A stretch of 64,000 nt of DNA from a virus, in IMG/VR virus record IMGVR_UViG_3300014202_001065. One strand, given 5' to 3'. The notes under the pieces were generated by a model. The model was not told the DNA's origin and searched no databases. It was given only the letters and a program-made list of their open reading frames with translations. Shown here piece after piece: positions 25,451 to 35,223 of this stretch. The first letter of the stretch is position 1. Every line of letters starts with the position of its first letter. A program made the position numbers and the translations under genes.

Positions 25451-26452
25451 ATGAGTAACGGTATCACCTCCCTGAAGTTGTCCTTCGAGTTCAACCCCGA
25501 GTCTGGCCTGCAGCCTCTCGGCTTGTCCGTCCCCGACCCCGGTGTACTGCTGGCCATGGGCAATGCCTATGGTGCCATCTGCCAGGCAGCCGGTGCTGGC
25601 CAGGATTATACCGCGAGCCCGCTGGCGCAACCGCTGTACGACGCTATCCTGCTGGCCGTAGCCTCGGCCATGGGTGAAGGCGGCATGCAATTCATCAATA
25701 TCCACGACGCAGCTAATGGTCACATCCAGCAGCTGCAGGGTCAGATCCAGTCAGCGACAGCCGAGCTCCAGCAACTGCAAGCCAGCTTTGAGCAGGCATG
25801 CCAAAATGCCGCTCAGGATGGCTACGCCCAGGGTCTGGCCGCGGGCCAGCAGGTGGCTGCGAATACCCCAACTGGCGGCAATTCCGCGGCCACCGGGGGC
25901 TTCCTGCTGAATATCGACACCAAGGTACTGGCTGAACAGATCGCCAGCTACTTGTCCAACGATAAGCCGGCAGTGCAAGTAACCAACAACGTGGCTGGTG
26001 CAAACCCCGCCGGCGGCATGACCCTCGGTGCCGGTGGTCTGAACCTGGGCAACGGCGTACAGCTGGGAAAGCCTAAAGCAGCACAGGGCTCAGATGCACA
26101 GCCTGTGACTGCTACTGGTGCGAAGAACGCGGAATATGATCTCGACCCGGCCACCATCGGCGGCGGAATTGGATCGGGTGGCGGCCTGACCAACACGTCG
26201 AAAGCCGGTGAAGGTAAAACCGTGAAGGGTATCCGCGGTGACAGCTCGTTGGAGAAGATCGGTTTGCCGACTGCGAAGAAAAAGTTCGCTGGGGGGGCGG
26301 TAGTCTACATCGTGCCCTCGAGTGACAATGCCCAATGGGACGATCGCGCACCGGTAGTGGCTGATCCGAAGGAGGGTGGCAATCTGGAGGAGATCGCCGA
26401 AGGGGCGAAGACCATCCTGATGAAATCCTTGCACTACTACTCTGAAGTCTGA
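25451..26452 (+). CDS. Hypothetical protein with a Gln-rich coiled coil and a Gly-rich low-complexity region
   Basis: 333-aa ORF with strong phage-like codon use. Confidence 0.8.
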   Translation: MSNGITSLKLSFEFNPESGLQPLGLSVPDPGVLLAMGNAYGAICQAAGAGQDYTASPLAQPLYDAILLAVASAMGEGGMQFINIHDAANGHIQQLQGQIQSATAELQQLQASFEQACQNAAQDGYAQGLAAGQQVAANTPTGGNSAATGGFLLNIDTKVLAEQIASYLSNDKPAVQVTNNVAGANPAGGMTLGAGGLNLGNGVQLGKPKAAQGSDAQPVTATGAKNAEYDLDPATIGGGIGSGGGLTNTSKAGEGKTVKGIRGDSSLEKIGLPTAKKKFAGGAVVYIVPSSDNAQWDDRAPVVADPKEGGNLEEIAEGAKTILMKSLHYYSEV

Positions 26453-26472
26453 TCGCTTCGCACATAGAACAC

Positions 26473-26497
26473 AAAAGGCGGCTCTTGTCGCCTTTTT
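26473..26497. terminator. Terminator (both flanks A/T-run)
   Basis: AAAAGGCGGC-TCTT-GTCGCCTTTTT. Confidence 0.7.
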
Positions 26498-26512
26498 CAT
26501 TGGAGAGCTGAA

Positions 26513-26836
26513 ATGGAAAGACCAGTGTTTGCCGACCGACCTGGAGCAGGTGACAAGGCCATTGTGGTAAATAACGACACCATGGACCCCCAGTTGGCCT
26601 TGGGCGCCGCAGTGGTTGCAATCTGGGATCCGTTCCTTGAGGACGGCACCATGAGCATTGAGAGCCTGCATGTGCCGGTATTGCTGCTGGATCAGGCAGA
26701 AGGCCTCAACGTCAACCCCAAAGAGGAGGTAGATCGCCTGAAACTGCTCAACCTGTTCAATAAAAGCGGGGCTTACGTGCGCTGGGGTAAGAACGGGGAT
26801 GACCTACCGCCAGAGATTATGCCGTTGCTCGATTAA
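26513..26836 (+). CDS. Hypothetical protein upstream of TerL
   Basis: SD GGAG; 107 aa. Confidence 0.75.
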   Translation: MERPVFADRPGAGDKAIVVNNDTMDPQLALGAAVVAIWDPFLEDGTMSIESLHVPVLLLDQAEGLNVNPKEEVDRLKLLNLFNKSGAYVRWGKNGDDLPPEIMPLLD

Positions 26837-26892
26837 CCACACCAGTAGTACCCTGTCGGATAGCTTCACCAAATCCGATAGGGACTACTGCC

Positions 26893-29667
26893 ATGCTCAC
26901 CGATAATATCGATCCGGCAGAATTGATTGCCATGACCCGGAGGGCGATTGCCAGCATGCCCATGGGAGCTTGGCGAGACGACCTGCAGACGAGCCTTGAC
27001 TCCTACATTGCCGGCAGCAACCGCATGCGGTTGTTCTATCTGCTGATGCTCAAGCACTACCCCGTGGATATCGAAACCTTCCTCTTTGACCCAATGTATA
27101 TGGACGCCAAAGGCCATATCTGGCCAGAGCTGCTACCCTACATCAAGGAGGTGAATAACCCTGACGGGGACCGGCTTGGTATGCGGTACCATGAGGCGGT
27201 ATTGACAGGCGGTATTGGTTGCTTCGACGCAGAGACCGAGTATCTATCCCCCACGGGGTGGAAACGCATCAGCGATTATGACGGCGGGCCGGTGCTCCAG
27301 TATCACGAAGATGGCTCCACCTCCTTCGTGGACGACCCAGAGTATGTAGAGCTCCCGTGCGATCAGTTCTACCACTTCAAGACCAAGTACGGCATTGACC
27401 AGATGCTGTCGGCTGAGCACAGGGTAATCTACGAGACTGAGAAGAAACCAGGGCAGCTGCGGGTGGCCTTGGCCGAGAGTGTGTACCGTGACCACCAGAA
27501 ATCAGTCAAGGGCTTTCATGGTAGATTCCGCACTACGTTCCAGGCCCCAGACCGCTGTGGGGTTGATCTGACGGATGAACAGCTGCGCGTGATGGTCATG
27601 GTGATGGCCGACGGCACATTCCGCACCGCTAGCTCAAATCACTGCGCTGTCAGGGTGAAAAAAATACGCAAGCTGGCCAGGGCACAGAAGCTGCTGGATG
27701 ATGCGGGCATACCCTACACCTACAAGCTGAAATGCGACGGGTACCATTTGATCCGATTTTATGCCCCGCGCCGGGATAAGCTGATGGCGCCGTGGGCCTA
27801 TGACTGCACTCAGCACCAGCTGCAAGTGATCGTTGATGAGGCCATGTACTGGGACGGTAGCCGCACAGAGGGGAAAACGGGATACCGCTGGTACACTGTT
27901 GATCAAGGTGACGCAGACTTCATGTGCTACGCTGGATCAGCTTGCGGTTGGAAAACATCCATCTACCCAGACAAGACTGAGTTTGGCGCCTATGTGTTGA
28001 AGCTTTGTGACCGCCAGCTGGTAACTATGCAGGGCACACCCAAGACCGAAATGCAGATCGTGCCCTCGGTCGATGGCAAGAAATACTGCTTCATGGTGCC
28101 AACAGAAATGCTGGTAGTGCGGCGCAATGGCCAGGTGGTTATATCGGGTAACACTGCCAAAACAACTCAGGCTCTTTATGGCCTGGCCTACCAGCTCTAC
28201 TTGCTCAGCTGCTACCGGGAGCCGCATCTGGTGCTTGGCCAGGACCCCTCGGCAGAAATCCTGTTCATCTTCCAATCGGTGAACAGTAAGGTGGCAAAGA
28301 GCGACTACCTGCGCTTCCGGCACATGATCATGCGGTCGCCCTACTTCCGTGACAACTTCGACTTCCGCCGCGACATCGAGACGACCATGATCTTCCCGAA
28401 CCGGATCGAGGTGCAGCCTGTAACTGGCGAGGTGAATGCCACAATCGGCCAGAACGTATTCGGGGGCCTGCTCGACGAAGTGAACTTCATGATCAAGACC
28501 ACCAAGTCGAAGAAGTCCTCCAGTGGCGGTGAGTTCGACCAAGCAGCCGAGCTCTACAGTTCAATAGACAGCCGGCGTAAATCTCGATTCATGGAACTGG
28601 GCTGCGTACCTGGCTTGCTGTTCATCAGCTCGTCCAAGAACTACCCTGGCCAGTTCACAGACGTGAAGGAGAAAGAGGCGAAGACCAACCCTGGTATCTA
28701 CTACTGGGACAAGCGGGTCTGGGATGTTCGGCCCAAGAAATTCACCGGTGAGAAATTCTGGATCTTCGTGGGGGACACCAGCTCCCAGCCGTTCATCATA
28801 ACCGAGCAGCGCCGGGCTCCGGCCGATGCGAAGGCCAAGGGTCTGCTGGATCAGATTCCCGTGGAGTACCTGAGCCGGTTCGAGGACGACATCTACAATT
28901 CGCTGCGGGAAATAGCCGGCCGCTCCACACTGAGCACATGCCCCTACATCCCGAATGCCCAGAACATAGCAGCTGTATTCAAGAAGACCCGCCAGAGCGT
29001 GGTAGGGCCCAACATCGTTGATTTCGAGACCATCAGGGCCATGGCCTACCCATTCAATATCACGCACAGGCACGAGCCTCGTGCCATTCACTTGGACTTG
29101 GCCTTGAATGGCGACTTGGCCGGCATCAGCTGTGGCTTCATCGAGAAATTCGTCGAGGTGAACGACGAGGGTGAGCGCTACATGATGCCGCTCATCAACT
29201 ATGACTTCACCATGGGGGTCAAGGCACCGCCCCGGGACGACATCAACTTCAGCCGGATCCGGAAGATGATCACTGATCTGCGCACCAAGATTGGGCTGCC
29301 CATCAAGTGGGTGACCATGGACTCCTTCCAGTCAAAGGATACTCAGCAGATCCTGAAGCAAATGGGGTTTCTCGTTGGTGAACTGTCCATGGACATCACA
29401 GCGGTGCCCTATGATTGTTTCAAGACTGCCATCAACCAGGGCCGCATCGTGGCACCCGAGAACGAGGTGGCCCAGCTGGAGATCATCAGGTTGGAGCGCG
29501 GGCCCGACGGTAAGATTGACCACCCAGCCGACGGCTCCAAGGATATCTCTGACTCCATGGCTGGTGTCTGCTACTTCCTGACCAACCGGAAGGAGAACTG
29601 GTTCAGGCATGGTGTCCAACCAAGGATGCCAATGCGTGATGTGGCTCGCAGAATGAGCGAGCAGTGA
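26893..29667 (+). CDS. Terminase large subunit (intein-containing)
   Basis: Spliced Walker A GGIG|TAKT, Walker B LLDEVN, ISSSK, nuclease HLDLA and IDHPADGSKDISDS. Confidence 0.9.
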   Translation: MLTDNIDPAELIAMTRRAIASMPMGAWRDDLQTSLDSYIAGSNRMRLFYLLMLKHYPVDIETFLFDPMYMDAKGHIWPELLPYIKEVNNPDGDRLGMRYHEAVLTGGIGCFDAETEYLSPTGWKRISDYDGGPVLQYHEDGSTSFVDDPEYVELPCDQFYHFKTKYGIDQMLSAEHRVIYETEKKPGQLRVALAESVYRDHQKSVKGFHGRFRTTFQAPDRCGVDLTDEQLRVMVMVMADGTFRTASSNHCAVRVKKIRKLARAQKLLDDAGIPYTYKLKCDGYHLIRFYAPRRDKLMAPWAYDCTQHQLQVIVDEAMYWDGSRTEGKTGYRWYTVDQGDADFMCYAGSACGWKTSIYPDKTEFGAYVLKLCDRQLVTMQGTPKTEMQIVPSVDGKKYCFMVPTEMLVVRRNGQVVISGNTAKTTQALYGLAYQLYLLSCYREPHLVLGQDPSAEILFIFQSVNSKVAKSDYLRFRHMIMRSPYFRDNFDFRRDIETTMIFPNRIEVQPVTGEVNATIGQNVFGGLLDEVNFMIKTTKSKKSSSGGEFDQAAELYSSIDSRRKSRFMELGCVPGLLFISSSKNYPGQFTDVKEKEAKTNPGIYYWDKRVWDVRPKKFTGEKFWIFVGDTSSQPFIITEQRRAPADAKAKGLLDQIPVEYLSRFEDDIYNSLREIAGRSTLSTCPYIPNAQNIAAVFKKTRQSVVGPNIVDFETIRAMAYPFNITHRHEPRAIHLDLALNGDLAGISCGFIEKFVEVNDEGERYMMPLINYDFTMGVKAPPRDDINFSRIRKMITDLRTKIGLPIKWVTMDSFQSKDTQQILKQMGFLVGELSMDITAVPYDCFKTAINQGRIVAPENEVAQLEIIRLERGPDGKIDHPADGSKDISDSMAGVCYFLTNRKENWFRHGVQPRMPMRDVARRMSEQ
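27220..28152 (+). mobile_element. Intein (311 aa) with a LAGLIDADG-like endonuclease domain
   Basis: Starts CFDAETEYL, ends RRNGQVVISGN, +1 residue Thr; contains VMVMADGTF and AMYWDGS motifs. Confidence 0.92.
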
Positions 29668-29729
29668 TTGCCATACCCAGCCACTGCAGTATGCTGGCTG
29701 GGCTCATAAACCGAAGAGGGAACAGACCC

Positions 29730-30350
29730 ATGACTGAAGAAAATAACGGCAAGCTCCTGATCGAAGATGGCAAGGGCGTGACTGAGGCTGTGGAAGTGGC
29801 GCCCGGCAAGCACGTCGTCATCTTCGACCTGGACAAGACCCTGTGCGACACCCGCCACCGTGATCACCTGATGCCTCCCAAAGGCACGACCAACAGTGCC
29901 GCCTACGATGAGACTACGGCACTCTGTTGGAAAGACGGCCCGATCTGGGACACCATCGCCCTGCTGATGATGCTGGCGGCCATGAACCACATCATCGTGC
30001 TGAAGACAGGCCGTACCGAGAAGTTCCGTCTGATGACCGTGAACTGGCTGACCTATCTTGGTGTCCACTTCAACGGTCTGATCATGTTGCCGGATGAGTT
30101 CGACGGCGACTACGGCCAATGGAAAGCCGATATGCTCAATCATGAGCTGATCGGTGGCGCCAACCGCGTGCTCTGTGTTTTCGACGATCACCCTGATGCG
30201 GTGGCCGCGTACACCAAGGCTGGCGTCACCTGCTACATGGTCCCGCCGTACAACGGCCAGGCCCTTGACAGCCCACTGCTCGGCCAGGGCCTCTACGACA
30301 CGGTGGAGTTCGAGCCCGTGGATGACGACGAAGGGGAGAGCTGGGTATGA
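29730..30350 (+). CDS. HAD-family (PNK phosphatase-like) phosphatase
   Basis: ATG 29730; IFDLDKTL, KTGR, WKADM and VFDDH. Confidence 0.85.
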   Translation: MTEENNGKLLIEDGKGVTEAVEVAPGKHVVIFDLDKTLCDTRHRDHLMPPKGTTNSAAYDETTALCWKDGPIWDTIALLMMLAAMNHIIVLKTGRTEKFRLMTVNWLTYLGVHFNGLIMLPDEFDGDYGQWKADMLNHELIGGANRVLCVFDDHPDAVAAYTKAGVTCYMVPPYNGQALDSPLLGQGLYDTVEFEPVDDDEGESWV

Positions 30351-31021
30351 GCCACAAGAACGAATTCCCCTTCTTCTTCGCGTTCGAAGGGATCGATGGT
30401 TCAGGCAAGTCCAGCCTCATTGCCAATGTGAAGGAGAAGCTGCAGCAAATCCTTACCATGGGTGGCGAGGCACCCATGGTGGTGGAGACGCACCGGTTGC
30501 CTATGACGGCCGTGCCGTTGGGCGCAGACCTTCGCCAGGCTGTGAAAGACCAGCTGCTCACCGTAGAAGAGGAAATCCTCGGCTTGACCATGAACCGGTC
30601 ACAGGCCGTGGGTCTCCTGCGCAAGACCATCATCGACGAGCGCCGCGAGCGATCCACTATCATCCTGATGGATCGCTGGTTTGGTACCTGCGTGGCATAC
30701 CAGGGTACCGATGCGCCGCACTTGTCACTGGAGATCTCGGCACTACACAAACGCTTTGTGCAGTTGCATCCACGAATCACTTTCCTGCTGGATATAGACC
30801 CACAGGTGGCGCTCGAGCGCATGCTGGCCGACCGCCCTCTGCTCGACCCCAATGAACAGGACATCATGCGGCAGTCGTCTATCCGGAGCCAGTACCAGCA
30901 GCTGGCCAAAGTGCGGAGTGATTGGGTGCAACTGAACGGGGAGTACCCACAAGATCGGCTGGCCACCATGGTGGTCGAGGCCATTTTCGATTGTATGAAG
31001 AAGGATCAGCAAAATGCTTGA
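30347..31021 (+). CDS. tmk: Thymidylate (dTMP) kinase
   Basis: FEGIDGSGKSS, MDRW...VAYQG, FLLDIDP. Confidence 0.9.
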   Translation: MSHKNEFPFFFAFEGIDGSGKSSLIANVKEKLQQILTMGGEAPMVVETHRLPMTAVPLGADLRQAVKDQLLTVEEEILGLTMNRSQAVGLLRKTIIDERRERSTIILMDRWFGTCVAYQGTDAPHLSLEISALHKRFVQLHPRITFLLDIDPQVALERMLADRPLLDPNEQDIMRQSSIRSQYQQLAKVRSDWVQLNGEYPQDRLATMVVEAIFDCMKKDQQNA

Positions 31022-31526
31022 AAACATCAAAAGCCTCACCATGGTTATTCTCGTGGCCTGTGCCGCGTTTGCCATGCTAACGCTGCTGGCCGTGGCGGCT
31101 GGTTTCGCCAGCTTTACCTACTGGCAGGAGACCAATGGGGTCCTCGGTTTGATCGTCCTGCTGTGGACCGGTATCGTGCAGGGCGGGGTCTGGCTCGCGG
31201 ATATGGCTTTTGGTCACCGTATAAAATGGGGCCCTTCCAGTCAGACTACCTGTGCGCTGCAGTCGGCCTTTACCAGGGTTCTCCAGGAGGAGGGTGCCAT
31301 AACCGTAATGTGCATCATCGACGGCGAACTGGTGAAGGCCTACTCCGTAGCCTCCAGCGCTGATGCTGTACCTGCGAGGGTAAAGCTTTTGGCTAAAAAC
31401 TTTGCGGCCAATATAAACACCGCCATGGACCAGCGTCAGCTGTTGCACTCTGTCGAGACGGCGGCCGTGGAGCAAAAGAGCCGACAGGATGCAGCCAAAC
31501 CCTTCATCGACACGGAGACCTGGTAA
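31014..31526 (+). CDS. Membrane protein
   Basis: Two N-terminal TM helices. Confidence 0.7.
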   Translation: MLENIKSLTMVILVACAAFAMLTLLAVAAGFASFTYWQETNGVLGLIVLLWTGIVQGGVWLADMAFGHRIKWGPSSQTTCALQSAFTRVLQEEGAITVMCIIDGELVKAYSVASSADAVPARVKLLAKNFAANINTAMDQRQLLHSVETAAVEQKSRQDAAKPFIDTETW

Positions 31527-31777
31527 TGGCCAAGCGCCAACCACCATACTGGGGGACGTGCTATGGGGGGCGCGTCCACCTCATTGTAGCGGTTGAAGGG
31601 GGTTTCAGTTTCACCGCCTGCAACGGTAAGGTAAAAGGGCGCCATGCCGTCACCAACCCAACACCCTCTGATCTGAACACGGGGTTGTGTCCAGCCTGCC
31701 GAGAGCGTGCCAGACTACGTGGGTGTCCGGTACCGGGTGCGGTAAACGCAAGGGGTGCTGACCAGTTTGAGTATTGA
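31526..31777 (+). CDS. Small Cys-containing hypothetical protein
   Basis: H...TACNG...LCPAC pattern. Confidence 0.55.
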   Translation: MAKRQPPYWGTCYGGRVHLIVAVEGGFSFTACNGKVKGRHAVTNPTPSDLNTGLCPACRERARLRGCPVPGAVNARGADQFEY

Positions 31778-31829
31778 CTTTCGCGGTGTATGCTAAGGGC
31801 AATGTCAAATCCCCTGATAGGTTCCAGCC

Positions 31830-32309
31830 ATGGCTCTCATCGTGCAAGTACCGCAGGGCGGCGATATCTACGTGGGCCACATCCATTTCGAGATACAGGA
31901 TGTCAGCTGCCGGGGATCTGAGTTCCGCCTTATTGACCTTAGCGACACAATAATCCCGATGTTTGTTTCGCCCTACACGCCAGCCCGCTTCCAATGCAAG
32001 GGCTACCAAGTGGCTATCATGTCAGGCCACAATGACTTCCCCCCCTCTAAGCGGGTGGCCACTCTCAGAATTTCAGCAGACAAAGCGGTCACGATCATAA
32101 GAGGTGACCTGTATCGCAAAAACGGTGCAAAGTTTGTTGTATGCTCGCCAGTGCGGGAGGCTATAGCCCAAGGCAAGATCCCCGTAAAAGACATCATCAC
32201 CTTGATAAATTTGGCCGCTACAGGCCAGCCAATGGGCGCCACCATTAGAAATGGCAACCTGCTCATCCATGTGGAGGGGCAAACTATTCTCGGGGTTGAA
32301 TTGCTCTGA
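31830..32309 (+). CDS. Hypothetical protein with CsrA-like segments
   Basis: MALIVQVPQGGDIYVG and ATLRISADKAVTIIRGDLY resemble the CsrA N- and C-halves. Confidence 0.7.
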   Translation: MALIVQVPQGGDIYVGHIHFEIQDVSCRGSEFRLIDLSDTIIPMFVSPYTPARFQCKGYQVAIMSGHNDFPPSKRVATLRISADKAVTIIRGDLYRKNGAKFVVCSPVREAIAQGKIPVKDIITLINLAATGQPMGATIRNGNLLIHVEGQTILGVELL

Positions 32310-32346
32310 CCTTTCCCCCAGAAAAGATCATTGAAGGAGTTTTACC

Positions 32347-35148
32347 ATGCTGACAATCGGCGGGGTGGTCCTCACCCCTAAACCGGTTTTCCGTGGATTG
32401 ACCATAGGAGCGCCGAGCGCCCAGGCAACCACGTCACCGGTAGTTTTTCCCCAGGCAGCACCCGCAGCCCCAGTGGAGAAAAAGAAACGGGCCCCCGCTA
32501 AACCGAAGGAGCCAAAGGTCGAGGTTTATACGGGCCTGCCCCTCCTGACCGAGGATGTGAACGATCCAACCAAGGTCATGGCACCCACGTTCCCTGATCC
32601 ACCTGTGGCGCCACCGCCCCCACGCATTTACCTGCCGCACAATAACCGGTTGCTAATTATCACTGATAGTCGGGTCAATGAGATCCAGGATACGATCGGA
32701 CCGATCATGGCACCGGCGATCCAACAAGGTCTTGGTTACCAGGTGGCCCACATTGACGCAGCGGGAACAAAACCTCTGCCGGGTTTCTACCCAGGGGACA
32801 CCATTTTGCTTATGGGTAAAACGGCCTACGAGCGGGTCGCTGCCGAGTGGGGGGCCTTGTCAAAGGGGAAATCTGTATCCTTCTACAGACACACGGAGAA
32901 CGCCTTCAATGGGGCCATCATCCTGACTACCCACTCGGCGTGGACGGCAACGAAGGAGTACAACAAGCTTATCGATGTGCAGCTGGACACCCAATCTGCT
33001 ATCCGGCGGGCGATGACCGGCACCATTGCCCCGTTGACTGGAATGGGCAACTACTACTGGGTAGACACCTTTGAGCCGCTCTGCCATATGATTCAGAACG
33101 AGCACGCCCGCACAGGGCAACCCGTGCGGTTGAGTTGGGACTTGGAGTGCACAGGCCTTGACGAGCATGACCCCAAGGCCTGGATCGTTTCAATTTTCTT
33201 CTCGTTCAGACCCGGAGAGTCGTTCGGCATGGCTTTCAAATGGCATCTGGACCAGCCTGTTCGGGCTGACAAGGCTATGTTCCATGGCTGCAATTCAGCG
33301 GCATGGGACGCCAAGGTAGCTGTCTGGGAACAGATAAACTGGTTGCTCAACAGCGAAATAATTTATGGCGTCGGGGCTAACTTGAAGTTCGACAAGCGCT
33401 GGATCTCGAAGAAATGGGATATGGAGTGCACGAACCACAAGTTCGATACCACCCTGGTTGGCGGCCTCTTGAATGAGAACGTCTCCAACTCACTGAACAA
33501 CCACTGCAAGATCTACGCACCAGAGCTGGGTGGTTACGACGACTACCTCAACACCACCGAGGATAAAGGCCGGATGGATCTGGCCCTGGCCAAGGACCCT
33601 GAGGGTTTCAAGGTTTATGCCGGGGGTGATACAGACGCCTGCCGCCGGATCTATGAACCCCTGCGAGAGCGCTTACTTGGGCAACCAGCCGTGGCCAACT
33701 TATACATCAACCTGCTGCACCCTGCGTCTGATTTCTTTTGCAGGCTGGAACAGGTGGGGGTGCTCGTGGACAACGAGGCCTATGCCGAGCTGGAAGCAGA
33801 ATTGCGCTCTGAACTGAAGCGTCTGCAGGATGAGGCGGACGCTATGTTTCCGGGGCGGCTCCGCGCCAAGCACAAGATGGATACCAGCCTCACCAAGGCT
33901 GCAGTGATCTCAGACTACATGTTCTCCGAGCTGGGCCTGCGTCTGAAGCCCCTGGAGTTCACAGCCAAGTCTAAGAATACCGCGGTACCCAAGCCCAGCA
34001 CGGAGTATACCCATCTGGCCAAATTCAGGAATAACCCTGAGGTTAAGAAGTTCCTTGACATCTACAAGGCCTACAACTCAGCGTCCAAAACCCTGAGCAC
34101 CTACGTGGTAGGGTTTCTCAAACACCTGCGGCCGGATAACCGCTACCACGCTACCTACTTGCTGCACAAGGCCGATAAGGGGGGAGACACCGGGGAGCAG
34201 GGCGGTGGCACTGTTACTGGGCGACTGGCTTGTACTGGCCCCGCCATGCAGACCATACCCAGTAAGACATTTTGGGCCAAGAAGCTCCGCAAATGCTTCA
34301 AGGCACCAGAGGGCTTCAAGGTAGTAGAGATCGACTACTCCCAGGGCGAGCTGAGGGTGGCAGCAGTTGTGGCCGGCGTGCGGGCAATGATCGACGCCTA
34401 CAACCGAGACGATGACCTCCACGTCATGGCTGGTGCTCTGGCTTGCGGTATGGACCCGGCCACGGTGCTCAGTTGGAAGGACAGCCCGGACCCAGCGCTG
34501 CAGGCCCGCTACAAATTCGTGCGCCAGAATGGCAAGGCCGCGAACTTCGGCCTCCTGTACGCAATGCAGGCCGAAGGCTACATGAACTACGCCCGCGACA
34601 CCTACGGCGTGGACATGACCCTAGACGAGGCGGTTTTCGCCCGCAATGCGTTCTTCGAGCTGTACCCCGAGTTGTTGGAGTGGCACGACGATTACAAGCG
34701 CCGAGCTGCGCGGGATGGCTACATCATTTCCCCACTGGGTCGTGTTCGCCACCTGCCCTACATCAATTCAAGAGACAACAGCCTGCGGTCACAGGCCGAG
34801 CGCCAAGCTATCAACTCACCTATCCAGTCCACGCTGTCAGATATGACCGTGCTGTCGGGCGTGGAGTTCGAGCGAAACTACGGCCGGTTTGGGCGTGACA
34901 ACCCAGTGCAGTTCATGCAGATGGTTCACGATGCCCTTTACTGCTACATCCCAGAGGACGACATCGATATCTGGGTGCCGCGCATTATGGATGTGATGGA
35001 GAATCTGCCGCTGGCCGAGAAATTTGGTTGGTACAACATCCCGCTGAAGTTCAAAGTGGAGCCTGAAGCAGGCGACAACCTGGCCAGTAAAACTGTTCTG
35101 CACTGGTCAGATGAACACATAGCCAAGGTACTGGGCAGAGCAGCTTAA
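32347..35148 (+). CDS. polA: Family A DNA polymerase with a 3'-5' exonuclease and an N-terminal UDG-like region
   Basis: Exo WDLECTG, NLKFD, YAGGDTD; polymerase TGRL, DYSQGELR, KAANFGLLY and MVHDAL. Confidence 0.95.
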   Translation: MLTIGGVVLTPKPVFRGLTIGAPSAQATTSPVVFPQAAPAAPVEKKKRAPAKPKEPKVEVYTGLPLLTEDVNDPTKVMAPTFPDPPVAPPPPRIYLPHNNRLLIITDSRVNEIQDTIGPIMAPAIQQGLGYQVAHIDAAGTKPLPGFYPGDTILLMGKTAYERVAAEWGALSKGKSVSFYRHTENAFNGAIILTTHSAWTATKEYNKLIDVQLDTQSAIRRAMTGTIAPLTGMGNYYWVDTFEPLCHMIQNEHARTGQPVRLSWDLECTGLDEHDPKAWIVSIFFSFRPGESFGMAFKWHLDQPVRADKAMFHGCNSAAWDAKVAVWEQINWLLNSEIIYGVGANLKFDKRWISKKWDMECTNHKFDTTLVGGLLNENVSNSLNNHCKIYAPELGGYDDYLNTTEDKGRMDLALAKDPEGFKVYAGGDTDACRRIYEPLRERLLGQPAVANLYINLLHPASDFFCRLEQVGVLVDNEAYAELEAELRSELKRLQDEADAMFPGRLRAKHKMDTSLTKAAVISDYMFSELGLRLKPLEFTAKSKNTAVPKPSTEYTHLAKFRNNPEVKKFLDIYKAYNSASKTLSTYVVGFLKHLRPDNRYHATYLLHKADKGGDTGEQGGGTVTGRLACTGPAMQTIPSKTFWAKKLRKCFKAPEGFKVVEIDYSQGELRVAAVVAGVRAMIDAYNRDDDLHVMAGALACGMDPATVLSWKDSPDPALQARYKFVRQNGKAANFGLLYAMQAEGYMNYARDTYGVDMTLDEAVFARNAFFELYPELLEWHDDYKRRAARDGYIISPLGRVRHLPYINSRDNSLRSQAERQAINSPIQSTLSDMTVLSGVEFERNYGRFGRDNPVQFMQMVHDALYCYIPEDDIDIWVPRIMDVMENLPLAEKFGWYNIPLKFKVEPEAGDNLASKTVLHWSDEHIAKVLGRAA

Positions 35149-35149
35149 C

Positions 35150-35202
35150 TTTACCCCGGGTCTGATTGGCGCGATAATCCGCACTACTGCCCAATCAGAC
35201 CC
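35150..35202 (+). promoter_or_regulatory. sigma70-like promoter embedded in a 12-bp inverted repeat
   Basis: TTTACC at 35150, 17-nt spacer, GATAAT at 35173; arms GGGTCTGATTGG (35158-35169) and CCAATCAGACCC (35191-35202). Confidence 0.55.
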
Positions 35203-35223
35203 ACCTTTCAGGAGCACAAGGCT

